From the NCBI GenBank assembly GCA_963713475.1, contig CAVQLY010000005.1, positions 77,955 to 141,954 of the forward strand: DNA of 64,000 bases, in the 5' to 3' direction. Below are positions 1 through 9,893 of this stretch, one piece after another. Position 1 is the stretch's first letter, and each line of letters begins with the position of its first letter. The notes below the pieces were generated by a model. It was not told where the DNA came from and searched no databases. It saw only the letters and a program-made list of their open reading frames with translations. Both the position numbers and the translations under genes were made by a program. The stretch comes from an uncultured Thermoleophilia bacterium. Lineage in GTDB: Bacteria; Actinomycetota; Thermoleophilia; UBA2241.

Positions 1-316
1 TCCGGATAGAAGCCGGGCTTCCAGGCCGGGTACGCGTAGCCCGATGTCCCTGCGTAGAGCGTGGCCATCTCTCGTCCTGCCGTTCCTCTCGGGGCCGTTC
101 AGACGGGCGGCGCGCAGAGGAGGGTCCTGCCGCGCCACCCGTCTGCTTTGGACCTGCCCGGTGGCGAGCCCGGCAAACGCGCCGCCGTCGCTCCGCAGGG
201 CGGCGCTCCACGCCAACTCTGGGCTCGCGTCACCGGCGCCGCCCGCGGGAAAGCAACCAGCAGATGCGGGGATCGCTCACGCATCCGAGAGTCCACGACA
301 ACCGAGGAGATCGACG

Positions 317-2188
317 ATGAGCGCCCTTGCGCAAGACGTATCCCGGCCCGACCTCGAGGCGGTCCGCGAGCTCGCCCGGCAGCTGCGCGTCGACAGCATC
401 CGCTGCGTCGCCGCCGCCGGCTCCGGCCACCCGACCTCGAGCCTGTCCGCCGCCGACCTGATGGCCGTGCTGTTCGCCCGCCATCTGCACTACGACTGGG
501 TCCGTCCTGACAGGCCCGACAACGACCACCTCATCTTCTCCAAGGGGCACGCCTCGCCCCTCCTGTACTCCCTGTTCAAGGCCGTCGGCGCGATCAGCGA
601 CCGGGAACTGGTGGAGACGTACCGGCAGGCAGGTTCTCCCCTGCAGGGTCACCCCACGCCCGTCCTCCCCTGGGTCGATGTGGCCACCGGCTCGCTCGGC
701 CAGGGCCTGCCCGACGGCGTCGGCGTAGCACTGGCCGGCAAGCGGCTCGACAAGCTCGACTACCGCGTCTGGGTGCTGTGTGGCGACAGCGAGCTGGCCG
801 AGGGCTCGATCTGGGAAGCGCTCGACAAGGCTTCCTTCTACGAGCTGAACAACCTCACGGCGATCGTCGACGTCAACCGGCTGGGACAGTCCGGACCCAC
901 CGAGCTGGAATGGGACATGGACGAGTACCGGCGGCGCGTCGAGTCGTTCGGCTGCAGGGCGGTGGTGATCGACGGCCACGACCCGCAGCAGATCGACGAC
1001 GCCTTCGCCCTCGCAGAACGGTCGCAGGTGCCTACGGTCATCCTGGCGCGGACCGTCAAGGGAAAAGGTGTACCTGAGGTCGAGGACAAGAACGGTTGGC
1101 ACGGAAAGCCGCTGCCCGACGACGTGGCCAAGGAGGCGGTGCGCGCGCTCGGCGGCGTCACCGCGCGCACGGTCGCGACGCCCGCTCGTCCGGCGCGTCC
1201 GTCGGCCGTCGTCACCGCAGAGCGTCACCCCGTCTTGCTGCCCAAGTACGAGATGGGCATGAAGGTCGCGACCCGGGTCGCCTTCGGCGACGCGCTCGTC
1301 GCTCTCGGTGCCCGCCCGGAGGTCGTCGCCATCGACGGCGAGGTCGGCAACTCGACCTACACCGAGAAGTTCGGCAAGGCCTACCCCGACCGCTTCTTCC
1401 AGATGTACATCTCCGAGCAGCAGATGGTCGGCGCGGCCGTGGGCCTGAGCGTGCGCGGCTACGTCCCCTTCGCCGCGACCTTCGCGGCGTTCTTCGCGCG
1501 CGCCTACGACTTCATCCGCATGGCCGCGGTCTCCCAGGCCGACATCCGGCTCTGCGGCTCGCACGCCGGGACCGAGATCGGCCAGGACGGGCCCTCGCAG
1601 ATGGGCCTCGAGGACCTCGCCGCCATGCGCGCCGTGCACGGCTCCACGGTGCTCTATCCCAGCGACGCGAACAGCGCCGCGGTGCTGACCGCCGCGATGG
1701 CGGACCTGACCGGCGTGAGCTACCTGCGCACCACGCGCGGCGCGTATCCGGTGCTGTACGCGGCCGACGAGGCGTTCCCGGTCGGCGGGTCCAAGGTCCT
1801 GCGCCTGTCCGACGACGACCACGTGCTGCTTGCCGGCGCCGGCGTCACCGTGCACACCTGTCTCGAGGCCGCCGAACGGCTCATCGAGCGAGGGATCCCG
1901 GCGCGGGTCATCGACCTGTACTCGGTGAAGCCCCTGGACGCCGAGGGCCTGGTGGCGGCGGCCCGCGCCGCCGGACGGCGGATCGTCGTCGTCGAAGACC
2001 ACTACCCGGAGGGCGGCCTGGGGGAGGCCGTGCTGGCCGCCCTCGCGCCCTTCGACGAGGTGTTCCGTCTGGAGCATCTGGCGGTGCGCGGCCTACCGGG
2101 TTCCGGCACCCCGGCCGAGCTGATGGAGGCGGCCGGCATCTCGACCGGCGACGTCGAGGCGGCGGCGCTGCGCCTGCTCACGCACTGA
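317..2188 (+). CDS. tkt: Transketolase (N-terminal TPP-binding and C-terminal halves in one polypeptide)
   Basis: ORF 44..2188. Recognisable sequence starts at in-frame ATG 317 (MSALAQDVSRPDLEAV). Motif GSGHPTSSLSAADLMAVLF and downstream transketolase regions are present. The 91 upstream codons are Arg/Pro-rich and look non-coding. Confidence 0.85.
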   Translation: MSALAQDVSRPDLEAVRELARQLRVDSIRCVAAAGSGHPTSSLSAADLMAVLFARHLHYDWVRPDRPDNDHLIFSKGHASPLLYSLFKAVGAISDRELVETYRQAGSPLQGHPTPVLPWVDVATGSLGQGLPDGVGVALAGKRLDKLDYRVWVLCGDSELAEGSIWEALDKASFYELNNLTAIVDVNRLGQSGPTELEWDMDEYRRRVESFGCRAVVIDGHDPQQIDDAFALAERSQVPTVILARTVKGKGVPEVEDKNGWHGKPLPDDVAKEAVRALGGVTARTVATPARPARPSAVVTAERHPVLLPKYEMGMKVATRVAFGDALVALGARPEVVAIDGEVGNSTYTEKFGKAYPDRFFQMYISEQQMVGAAVGLSVRGYVPFAATFAAFFARAYDFIRMAAVSQADIRLCGSHAGTEIGQDGPSQMGLEDLAAMRAVHGSTVLYPSDANSAAVLTAAMADLTGVSYLRTTRGAYPVLYAADEAFPVGGSKVLRLSDDDHVLLAGAGVTVHTCLEAAERLIERGIPARVIDLYSVKPLDAEGLVAAARAAGRRIVVVEDHYPEGGLGEAVLAALAPFDEVFRLEHLAVRGLPGSGTPAELMEAAGISTGDVEAAALRLLTH

Positions 2189-2386
2189 GATCGCGGGCGG
2201 CGGGCGGCCCTCCAGCCTCCCGCCGCCTCGCGCAGCTAGGCCACGACGTGGAGGGCACGGAAGTGGCAGGGCCGGAGAAGCCGCCGTCGGGGAAGGGGAC
2301 GGCGCCGGAGCCGCTATGATGCAGGCTCCGCAGGGTACGACGGCGAACGAGGGTCACAGATGAGGGCTCATCCACGGAACGACGAC

Positions 2387-3667
2387 ATGCCCCGCAGCGG
2401 CGGCCGGCGCGGCACGCGCCTGCTGGCCGCCGCGCTCGCGGTCGCGACGCTCTCCCTTGCGGCGGGCGGCTGTGCCGCGGCCTCTTCGGACACGGCCCCC
2501 TCGGCCAGCCCGAGTCCGAGCCCCACGCTCTCCGCCGCCCACATCAAGATCACGCCTGCGAACCGCGCCCGTCAGGCCAAGCCACACCGCGGCATCACGG
2601 TGACCGTGCGCGACGGGACCCTGACCTCGGTGACGGCGCGGGGCGGCGGCGTCACCGTCGCCGGCGAGCTCGATCCCACCTCCACGACGTGGCAGAGCCG
2701 CTGGACCCTCTCGACCGACAAGCAGTACGTGGTCCGCGCCACGGCGATCGACGCCGAGGGCCGGAGCATCACCAAGGTGAGCCGCTTTCGCACGTTGAAG
2801 CCGGACACCACCGCCGATATCCAGATCTTCGAGGGACACAACGTCACCTACGGCGTCGGGATGCCGGTGATGATCACGTTCAGCAAGCCCGTCGAGGACA
2901 AGAAGGCCGTCGAGCGCGCGCTCGTCCTGAAGACCTCGCGCCAGGTCGTGGGCGCCTGGTACTGGGACGGCGACCAGGCGCTCTGGTTCCGTCCGCGCGC
3001 CTACTGGCCGCAGAACACCAAGGTGAGCTTCATCGGCCACTTCGACGGCGTGCAGCTCTCCCCCGGCGTCTACGCGACGCACACGCTGCGGCAGGACTTC
3101 AAGATCGGGCGCTCGCTCATCGTGGTGGCCAGTGCGAGCGGCCACAGCATGAAGGTCTACAAGGACCGCAAGCTCTACGCCACGTGGCCGATCAGCACCG
3201 GGCGGCCCGGCAAGGACACCCCCAACGGGACGTATCTCTCGATCGAGAAGGCGAACCCGCAGCACATGGTGGGCCCGGACTACGACATCCAGGTGCCCTA
3301 CTCGGTGCGCTTCACCTGGAGCGGCGACTTCATCCACGCCGCGCCGTGGTCGGTGGGCTCGCAGGGCTACGCCAATGTCAGCCACGGGTGCGTCAACGTG
3401 GCTCCGGACCACGCGCAGACGTACTACTACTGGTCGATCCCCGGCGACCCGGTGACGGTCACCGGCAGCCCCAAGGCGGGCGGTTGGGACGACGGCTACA
3501 CCGTCTGGTTCCTCTCCTGGAAGGAACTCGTCAAGGGCAGCGCGCTGCACAAGGCGGTGCGGGTGGGGCCGGACGGCAGTACCCTGGTCCGGCCCTCGGA
3601 GCTCAAGAAGTCGCGCGCGAAGGCGCCGCTCGGGCGGCCGAAGCCGGACAACGCCTCGCCTTCCTGA
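2387..3667 (+). CDS. L,D-transpeptidase lipoprotein (LdtMt2-like: Ig-like domains + YkuD domain)
   Basis: ORF 2360..3667. Signal peptide with lipobox LAAGGC after ATG 2387. Catalytic motif HAAPWSVGSQGYANVSHGCVNV. Confidence 0.85.
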   Translation: MPRSGGRRGTRLLAAALAVATLSLAAGGCAAASSDTAPSASPSPSPTLSAAHIKITPANRARQAKPHRGITVTVRDGTLTSVTARGGGVTVAGELDPTSTTWQSRWTLSTDKQYVVRATAIDAEGRSITKVSRFRTLKPDTTADIQIFEGHNVTYGVGMPVMITFSKPVEDKKAVERALVLKTSRQVVGAWYWDGDQALWFRPRAYWPQNTKVSFIGHFDGVQLSPGVYATHTLRQDFKIGRSLIVVASASGHSMKVYKDRKLYATWPISTGRPGKDTPNGTYLSIEKANPQHMVGPDYDIQVPYSVRFTWSGDFIHAAPWSVGSQGYANVSHGCVNVAPDHAQTYYYWSIPGDPVTVTGSPKAGGWDDGYTVWFLSWKELVKGSALHKAVRVGPDGSTLVRPSELKKSRAKAPLGRPKPDNASPS

Positions 3668-3718
3668 TCGGCGGCGACGACGGCCGGCCGCCTCACGGAC
3701 GGACGCCGGCCGGCCCGA

Positions 3719-4327
3719 TCAGAAGAGGTCGAACAGGTCGCCCGGACGCCGGGCGATGAGGTCCGGCTCGGCGCTCAGGAGCCGCTCCTCCCCGTGCCAT
3801 CCCCAAGCCACACCGACGGTGACGGCGCCGGCGTCCCGTGCCTCGTGCACGTCGCCGACCGTGTCGCACACGTACCAGGCCTCCCGCGACTCGCCGTAGC
3901 GCCGCCGCGCGGAGCGGATCTTGCGCGTCTTGCTCGGCTCCACGTCGCCGCCGATCACCTCCGAGACGCCGGTCACGCCGTGCTCGTCGAGGATGGCCTG
4001 GACGTCGGCGGTGCGACTCGACGTGATGACGACGACGGGATGCTCGGCCGCAAGGCGCTCGATGACCTCGGCCATCTCCGGGAAGAGGTCGGGGCTGGGG
4101 ACGGCGCCGAAGGCGTCCTCCACCTCGGTGACCACGCGCTCGGAGACGCCGGACGCGGCCAGCGCCTCGAACCAGTTCGTCTCGGTGAAGTCGAGGAACG
4201 TGGACGGGGTCGCGAGCTCGTCGAGCCCGTGCGCGCGCAGGGTGTCAACGAAGGCGCGCGACTGGTCGTCCAGCGAGTCGACGATGACGCCGTCGAAGTC
4301 GAACATGATCAGCTTGTCGCGCGACAC
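3719..4327 (-). CDS. HAD-superfamily hydrolase (phosphoglycolate phosphatase-like)
   Basis: N-terminal MFDFDGVIVDS (DxD motif). C-terminal CDTVGDVHEARDAG motif. Full-length 202-aa ORF. Confidence 0.8.
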   Translation of the reverse strand: MSRDKLIMFDFDGVIVDSLDDQSRAFVDTLRAHGLDELATPSTFLDFTETNWFEALAASGVSERVVTEVEDAFGAVPSPDLFPEMAEVIERLAAEHPVVVITSSRTADVQAILDEHGVTGVSEVIGGDVEPSKTRKIRSARRRYGESREAWYVCDTVGDVHEARDAGAVTVGVAWGWHGEERLLSAEPDLIARRPGDLFDLF

Positions 4328-4454
4328 GACGCCTCCCGGAGACGCATCAGATGCGCCAGACCTGGAGGGCCGGACGACCGGGCGGCAGCCTACCCGGCGC
4401 GCGACCGTGCGGCAACCCGGGGCGCCGGCGACGGACGACGAAGACGAGCGGTCG

Positions 4455-5771
4455 TCAGCGTGCGGCGGCCAGCAGGGCGGCGCGCATCCCGGCCCCGAGG
4501 CGGTGACTGCTCAGCTCCACGGTGATGATCGGGATGCCGTACCGCTCGGGCACGAAGCGGCCCAGCGAGCCGGTGATGTACGGGTCGTACCAGAGCTTGC
4601 CGACCGGGAGGCCGCTGAGCGCCGACATGCGCCGTCCCAAGGCGCGCGCGCCCGGGCCGCTGCAGTCGATGATGCCGCCCCGCGAGTGCAGGCTCACGAC
4701 GACGTCGAAGCGCCCACGGAGGTGCGCCAGCAGTGCCTTCGTCTCGGGCTCCGATCCCGGCGTCGACCCGCCGGTCAGGCCGGGCGCGCCCGGCTCGTTC
4801 AGGGGGCCGAGCCGCCGGCGCCAGTTCCGCGTCGGCAGGTTGCGGTTCAGGTCGACGTCGCGGGCGTTGCCGCGCGTACGGCGCGCGTGACCATCCGGGT
4901 TGGCGCACACCAGCACGTCGATGCGGGTCTGCGCCGGGAGCGCCCGCGGGTGCGCGAGAAGGTAGCTCACCAGCCGACGCGCGACCGGCGTCCCGGACTC
5001 GTTGCCGTGGACGCCGCCGACGACCAGCAGCCGCCGTCCGGCGCCGCCGAAGCGGGTGACGGTGATCGGCCGACCGCGGACCGAGCGCCCGATCGTGAGC
5101 GTGGTCAGTTCCTTCACGTCGAGGGTGGCCGGGCTGGAGGCGGCCGCATTGCCGGCCAGGTCCTGCGCCGCGACCGCGTAGTGGAAGACGCCCGCGGCGG
5201 CGGGAGTCCAGCGGGCGCGCCGCCACTCCCCCATGCTCGCCGAGCCCAGCGCCGCGGTCGCCACGGTCTCCCCCGCGGCGTCGCTGACGACGAGGCCCAG
5301 CTCGCGCGCCGTCGGGCTGAGCCGGTCGCGGACGCGGAAGCTCAGGGTCACGGCGCGGCCGGCGTAGCCGGCGGCCGCCAGGACCGTCACGACCGGCGCT
5401 TCGGTGTCGACGCACAGTTGCGCGACGCGCGCGGTCTCGGTGTTGCCGGAGGCATCCACGGAGTAGTACCGAAGCGCGTGCACGCCGTCGAACGAGTGAT
5501 CGGCGGGCGCCGGGATCTCCAGCGAGCCGCCTGCCGAACCGCCTACCTGCGCCGGCTGACCGTCGTCTATCGCCGCCCAGATCGCGGCGACGCCCGACCC
5601 GGCGTCGGTGGCGGCGAAGCGTACGACGAACGATGCGCGCTGCCACCCGGCGGGCGCGTCGCAGGTCGTCACGGGCGGAGTCGCGTCGGCCGCGGCCGCG
5701 GCCGGAGCGGCCTGAAGGAGCGCACAGGTCAGCGCCGCGAGCACGGCGGCCGCCAGCGGCGTCCATCTCAT
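4455..5771 (-). CDS. Secreted M14-family zinc carboxypeptidase/murein peptide amidase-like with N-terminal Ig-like modules
   Basis: ORF 4455..6020. Signal peptide starts at ATG 5771 (MRWTPLAAAVLAALTCALLQAAPAAA). Motifs GGVHGNESG, NPDG and DVDLNRN. Confidence 0.8.
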   Translation of the reverse strand: MRWTPLAAAVLAALTCALLQAAPAAAAADATPPVTTCDAPAGWQRASFVVRFAATDAGSGVAAIWAAIDDGQPAQVGGSAGGSLEIPAPADHSFDGVHALRYYSVDASGNTETARVAQLCVDTEAPVVTVLAAAGYAGRAVTLSFRVRDRLSPTARELGLVVSDAAGETVATAALGSASMGEWRRARWTPAAAGVFHYAVAAQDLAGNAAASSPATLDVKELTTLTIGRSVRGRPITVTRFGGAGRRLLVVGGVHGNESGTPVARRLVSYLLAHPRALPAQTRIDVLVCANPDGHARRTRGNARDVDLNRNLPTRNWRRRLGPLNEPGAPGLTGGSTPGSEPETKALLAHLRGRFDVVVSLHSRGGIIDCSGPGARALGRRMSALSGLPVGKLWYDPYITGSLGRFVPERYGIPIITVELSSHRLGAGMRAALLAAAR

Positions 5772-6007
5772 CGTCGGCACCCCCAGGATCACGGCCCGGG
5801 CGCGTCGCCCCCGGTCAGCGGAGCATAGCACCGGCCCTCGGGGGATCGACGGCGGAGCCGGCCTCGTGGCCTCTGCCGGCGGCTCCGGGCGACCGGACGG
5901 CCTGCTGCCGCTATCATAGGAGGCCGACAACCTTCGGTGGCTCTCGGCGCCGCGCCCGCCCGGGCACGCCCTCCGCCGCCGCACAACACAGCATCGAGAG
6001 GGGCGAC

Positions 6008-8092
6008 GTGCATCCCACATCCATCACCCGAGGCATCCATCGGACGGCGATCGTCGGCGCGGCGATCGCGCTGGCCCTGATGCTGGCAGCGCCGGCATTC
6101 GCCGCCAGCGGCTGGAAGGCCGCGGCGAGCGGCACCGGCGCGAACCTGACCGGCGTCGCGGCCCCGACCACCGGCCTGCGCTGGGCGGTGGGCGCCGGCG
6201 GCGTCATCGTCGCCTCCACCGACGGCGGGACGACGTGGGCGGCGCAGGCGTCGGGCACCACCCAGGACCTGCATGCCGTGGCCTTCGTGAGCGCGACCCA
6301 CGGCTGGGCCGTGGGCGCAGCCGGCGCCATCGTCGCGACCGCCGACGGCGGCGCCACGTGGACGCCGCAGACTTCGGGCACGAGCAGCGACCTGAACGGC
6401 GTCGCCTTCGTCGACTCGAGCCACGGCTGGGCCGTCGGCTCCGGCGGCGTGATCGTCGCCACCAGCGACGGCGGCGCTACCTGGACACCGCAAACGTCGG
6501 GTACGAGCAGCGACCTCCTCGGGGTCGCGTTCGCGGACGCGACGCACGGCTGGGCCGTCGGCCTCGGCGGAGCGATCGTCGCGACCAGCGACGGCGCCGC
6601 TTGGACGGGGCAGACGTCGGGCACCACTCAGACGCTTCACGCCGTCGCCGCCGCCGACGCGACGCACGTGGTCGCCGTCGGCTCCGGCGGCACGATCGTG
6701 GCCACCGCCGACGGCTCCGGCTGGGCGGCGCGGACCTCGGGCACGACGAGTGACCTGCTCGGCGTCGACTACGGCGACCCCGCGTATGTGTGGGCGTCCG
6801 GCGCGGGCGGCATCGTCCTCCGCTCGGCGAACGGCGGCGTCAAATGGGCGGACCAGGGGACGGGGTCGGCGCGCGACCTCGCCGCGGTCGCGTTCGTCGA
6901 CCCGGGTCGCGGAGCGGTGGTCGGCGCCGCCGGCACGATCCTCAGCACCACCAGCGGAGGGGTGGTCGACGCCACCGCGCCCAAGACGACCGCCACCGGC
7001 CTGCAGGCCGGCGCGACCAAGGGCTGGCGACACACCGCCCAGACCGTAGCGCTCAAGGCCACCGATGCCGGCTCCGGCGTGGCCGCGACGTACTACTCCG
7101 TCGACGGCGGCGCCCGGCAGACCTACGCCGGGCCGTTCGCCATCGCGGCCGCGGGCTCGCACGTGGTCAAGTACTGGTCGGCCGACTGGGCCGGCAACCT
7201 GGAGACCAAGCGCACCGGCTACGTCAACATCGACCTCAGCAAGCCGGTCTGCAAGGCGATCGGCAACATCACCGCCTACACCGGGACCTCCGTCAAATTC
7301 ATGTTCAAGGTGACGGACGCCAAGCCGACGTGCGGCGCCGGATCGGTGCGCATCTCGATCCAGAAGAACGGCAAGACCAAGCAGAGGATCACGATCTCGC
7401 GGACCACCTTCAACGTCGCGCACTCGCGCTCGGCCGTCGTGAAGCTCGCGGCCGGCCAGTACACCTGGGTGGTCACCGCGACCGACCTCGCCGGGAACGT
7501 CCAGAAGACCAAGGGCCATGCCAGGCTGACCCTCAAGAAGATGCCGCTGCCGACCCTGGCGGACGTCCAGCGGCGCCTGATCCAGCTCAAGTATCTGCCC
7601 TCCGGTGCGGTCACCGGCAAGGCCGACTACCGCACCTCACAGGCCCTCATGGCCTTCCAGGCCTGGAACCACCTCCCGCGCGACGGAGTCGCCGGCGTCC
7701 AGACGCGGAAGAAGCTCGCCAGCGCCTCGGTGCCCACACCGCGTCCGGTGAGCTCCGGCGGCCACTCTATCCAGATCTATCGCAGCCTCGGCGTCGCCCT
7801 CTGCATCGACAACGGGACGCTCGTGCGCGCCATCCACTGCTCCACCGGCCGGCCCGGCCTCGAGACGACGGCCGGCACCTGGTCCGTCTACCTCAAGTCG
7901 CTGAAGTTCTGGTCGGAGAAGTACAGCTCGTGGATGCCGTATGCGAGCTTCTTCCACGGCGGCGAGGGGCTGCACGGGTACGGGGACGTGCCCGCCTACC
8001 CGGCATCGCACGGCTGCGTACGCCTGCCGATGCCCGAGGCGCCGTGGGTGTACGACTTCGCCTACATGGGGAGCACGGTCTTCGTCTACTAG
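6008..8092 (+). CDS. Multidomain exported L,D-transpeptidase: about 8 Ycf48/BNR-like propeller repeats + Ig-like modules + peptidoglycan-binding domain + YkuD
   Basis: ORF 5633..8092. Likely GTG start at 6008 before the signal peptide (AIALALMLAAPAFA). Repeats of the form GGxIVATxDGGxTWxxQTSGTxxDLxGVAF. PG-binding-like segment LIQLKYLPSGAVTGKADYRTSQALMAFQ. Catalytic ASHGCVRLP. Confidence 0.8.
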   Translation: MHPTSITRGIHRTAIVGAAIALALMLAAPAFAASGWKAAASGTGANLTGVAAPTTGLRWAVGAGGVIVASTDGGTTWAAQASGTTQDLHAVAFVSATHGWAVGAAGAIVATADGGATWTPQTSGTSSDLNGVAFVDSSHGWAVGSGGVIVATSDGGATWTPQTSGTSSDLLGVAFADATHGWAVGLGGAIVATSDGAAWTGQTSGTTQTLHAVAAADATHVVAVGSGGTIVATADGSGWAARTSGTTSDLLGVDYGDPAYVWASGAGGIVLRSANGGVKWADQGTGSARDLAAVAFVDPGRGAVVGAAGTILSTTSGGVVDATAPKTTATGLQAGATKGWRHTAQTVALKATDAGSGVAATYYSVDGGARQTYAGPFAIAAAGSHVVKYWSADWAGNLETKRTGYVNIDLSKPVCKAIGNITAYTGTSVKFMFKVTDAKPTCGAGSVRISIQKNGKTKQRITISRTTFNVAHSRSAVVKLAAGQYTWVVTATDLAGNVQKTKGHARLTLKKMPLPTLADVQRRLIQLKYLPSGAVTGKADYRTSQALMAFQAWNHLPRDGVAGVQTRKKLASASVPTPRPVSSGGHSIQIYRSLGVALCIDNGTLVRAIHCSTGRPGLETTAGTWSVYLKSLKFWSEKYSSWMPYASFFHGGEGLHGYGDVPAYPASHGCVRLPMPEAPWVYDFAYMGSTVFVY
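6130..6960 (+). repeat. Tandem coding repeats of about 120 bp (propeller blades) inside the Ldt gene
   Basis: Near-identical 40-codon units are visible at the DNA level (e.g. gacggcggcgccacgtggacgccgcagac / gacggcggcgctacctggacaccgcaaac). Confidence 0.8.
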
Positions 8093-8102
8093 AAGCGATG
8101 GA

Positions 8103-8146
8103 GGGGCGCGGCGCAGCACGACGGCGCCGCGCCCCTTCTGCGTCTT
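8103..8146 (+). terminator. Intrinsic terminator after the Ldt gene
   Basis: ggggcgcggcgc-agcacgac-ggcgccgcgcccc followed by the T-rich run ttctgcgtcttc, 11 nt after the stop codon. Confidence 0.6.
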
Positions 8147-8448
8147 CAGAGGACGGCGGAAGGGCTCACCGCTGCAGCCTGAAGCGGCCGCCGTCAGCCT
8201 CGGGCAAGCGGTCAACGGAATAGTACGCTTGCCTTTGCGCCCATTTGCCGTACTCTGGATAAAGCACTCACGCTTCGGGGGACTCCGGGCCCGCGGATCG
8301 CGCCACGCGCAGCAGCAGACACCCGGCAGTCCGTCAGGTCCCCAGGAGGTCGAGGCTACCCTCGAACGACCACCCCGCTAGTTCCGCATGGTTCGGCCGC
8401 GCCGTGCGCCGGCGACCCTGCGTCCCATCCGCGAGAAAGTGACCCCGC

Positions 8449-9852
8449 ATGAAGATCCGTCTGATCGAACCCGCCCCCGCCCATGTCCACATGTGGTCCT
8501 ACACGTTCTATCCGCGCCTCGGTCTGCCCATGATCGGCGCCGCGCTCAACGCCGCCGGCCACGACGTGGTCATCTATTGTCCCCAGCTCTCGCCGATCGA
8601 CTGGACGGACGTGGAGGACGCCGACATCGTCGGCATCTCGACGACGACGTCGACGACCCCGGCGGGCTACGAGATGTCCGACCGGCTGCGCGCCGCCGGC
8701 GTGCCCGTGATCATGGGCGGCTCGCACGTCACTTTCATGGCCGACGAAGCACTGCAGCACGCCGACTATGTCGCGCGCGGGGAGGGCGGCGACTCCTTGA
8801 TGCTCGAGCTCATCGAAGCCCTCAGGGGCGAACGGCGACTCGAGGCCATCGCCGGCCTCTCCTACATGCGCGACGGCAAGGCCGTGCACAACGCGGCGCG
8901 AGAGGCGTGCGCCGACCTCGACACTCTGCCCGTGCCCGACCTATCGCTCATCGTCGGCACCGAAGGCATGCGCGCGACGACGCCCATCATGACGAGCTGG
9001 GGTTGCCCCTTCGCCTGCAACTTCTGTTCAGTCACCGCGATGTTCGGGCGCAAGTACCGCTACCGCAGCGCCGAGAGCGTCATGGCCGAGATCGAGGCCA
9101 AGCGCCCGGAGACGATCTTCTTCTACGACGACAACTTCGCAGCCGACAAACGCCGGCTCAAGAAGTTCCTTCGGATGTTCATCGACAGCGGGCTCACGGT
9201 CCCGTGGTGGGCGCAAGCTCGCACCGACGTCGTCGACGACCCCGAGCTTCTCGACTTGCTGCGGGAGTCCAAGTGCCAGACGCTGGCGATCGGCCTCGAG
9301 TCGGTCAACCAGGAGACGCTGGACAGCTACGAGAAGTCGCAGAGCCTCGCCGACATCGTGCGCGCAATAGACACGTTGCACGCTTGCGGCATCAACAGCC
9401 ACGGGATGTTCGTCCTAGGCGCGGACACCGACACTCCCGAGACGATCCGTGACACTGCGCGCTTCGCCCGCAGACACCACATCGACACGCTGATGCTCAA
9501 TATCCTGACGCCGGTTCCAGGCACGCAGCAGTTCGCCGACCTGGATGCCGCCGGCCGCATCTTCGACCGGCGCTGGGACCTCTACGACGGCCAGCATGTA
9601 GTCTTCAGGCCCGCTCGAATGAGTGCCGGAGAGCTGCAGCGCGAGACACTGAGGGCGTATGCGCGCTTCTACTCCTTCGGTCAGTGGCTCAAGTACCTGG
9701 CGACCTTCCGATACGGCACGATGGCGCTGTACAGCTGGCACTGGGTGTTCCTGCGCCGTTGGCGCAGGGAGAAGGGCAATCGGGACTACCTCGAGATGCT
9801 GAAGCATCTGAGCCCCGCCGGGCGGGTGACGGCCACGGGCGCACGGGGCTGA
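8449..9852 (+). CDS. B12-binding-domain radical SAM protein (class B), function unknown
   Basis: N-terminal B12-binding-like region. CxxxCxxC cluster motif WGCPFACNFCSV. Full 467-aa ORF. Confidence 0.85.
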   Translation: MKIRLIEPAPAHVHMWSYTFYPRLGLPMIGAALNAAGHDVVIYCPQLSPIDWTDVEDADIVGISTTTSTTPAGYEMSDRLRAAGVPVIMGGSHVTFMADEALQHADYVARGEGGDSLMLELIEALRGERRLEAIAGLSYMRDGKAVHNAAREACADLDTLPVPDLSLIVGTEGMRATTPIMTSWGCPFACNFCSVTAMFGRKYRYRSAESVMAEIEAKRPETIFFYDDNFAADKRRLKKFLRMFIDSGLTVPWWAQARTDVVDDPELLDLLRESKCQTLAIGLESVNQETLDSYEKSQSLADIVRAIDTLHACGINSHGMFVLGADTDTPETIRDTARFARRHHIDTLMLNILTPVPGTQQFADLDAAGRIFDRRWDLYDGQHVVFRPARMSAGELQRETLRAYARFYSFGQWLKYLATFRYGTMALYSWHWVFLRRWRREKGNRDYLEMLKHLSPAGRVTATGARG

Positions 9853-9893
9853 CGGCTCGGGCGGCGCGGAGGTCAGGAGCGCTCCTTCGGTCG

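Noticed and set aside
44-316. A 91-codon N-terminal extension of the transketolase ORF.
   Set aside because: The extension is Arg/Pro-rich with no similarity to transketolases. Conserved sequence begins at ATG 317.
230-2077. Long ORFs antisense to, or in alternative frames of, real genes. Examples: 230..2077-, 1096..2319+, 3921..5828+, 4390..5766-, 5789..7519-, 9684..11990+, 13378..15111+, 15229..17514-, 28341..30743-, 40557..42779+, 46771..49056-, 55220..56554-, 62423..63760-.
   Set aside because: Their translations are Arg/Pro/Gly/Ala-rich and of low complexity, which is typical of stop-poor off-frames in GC-rich DNA. Each overlaps a gene with recognisable motifs in another frame.
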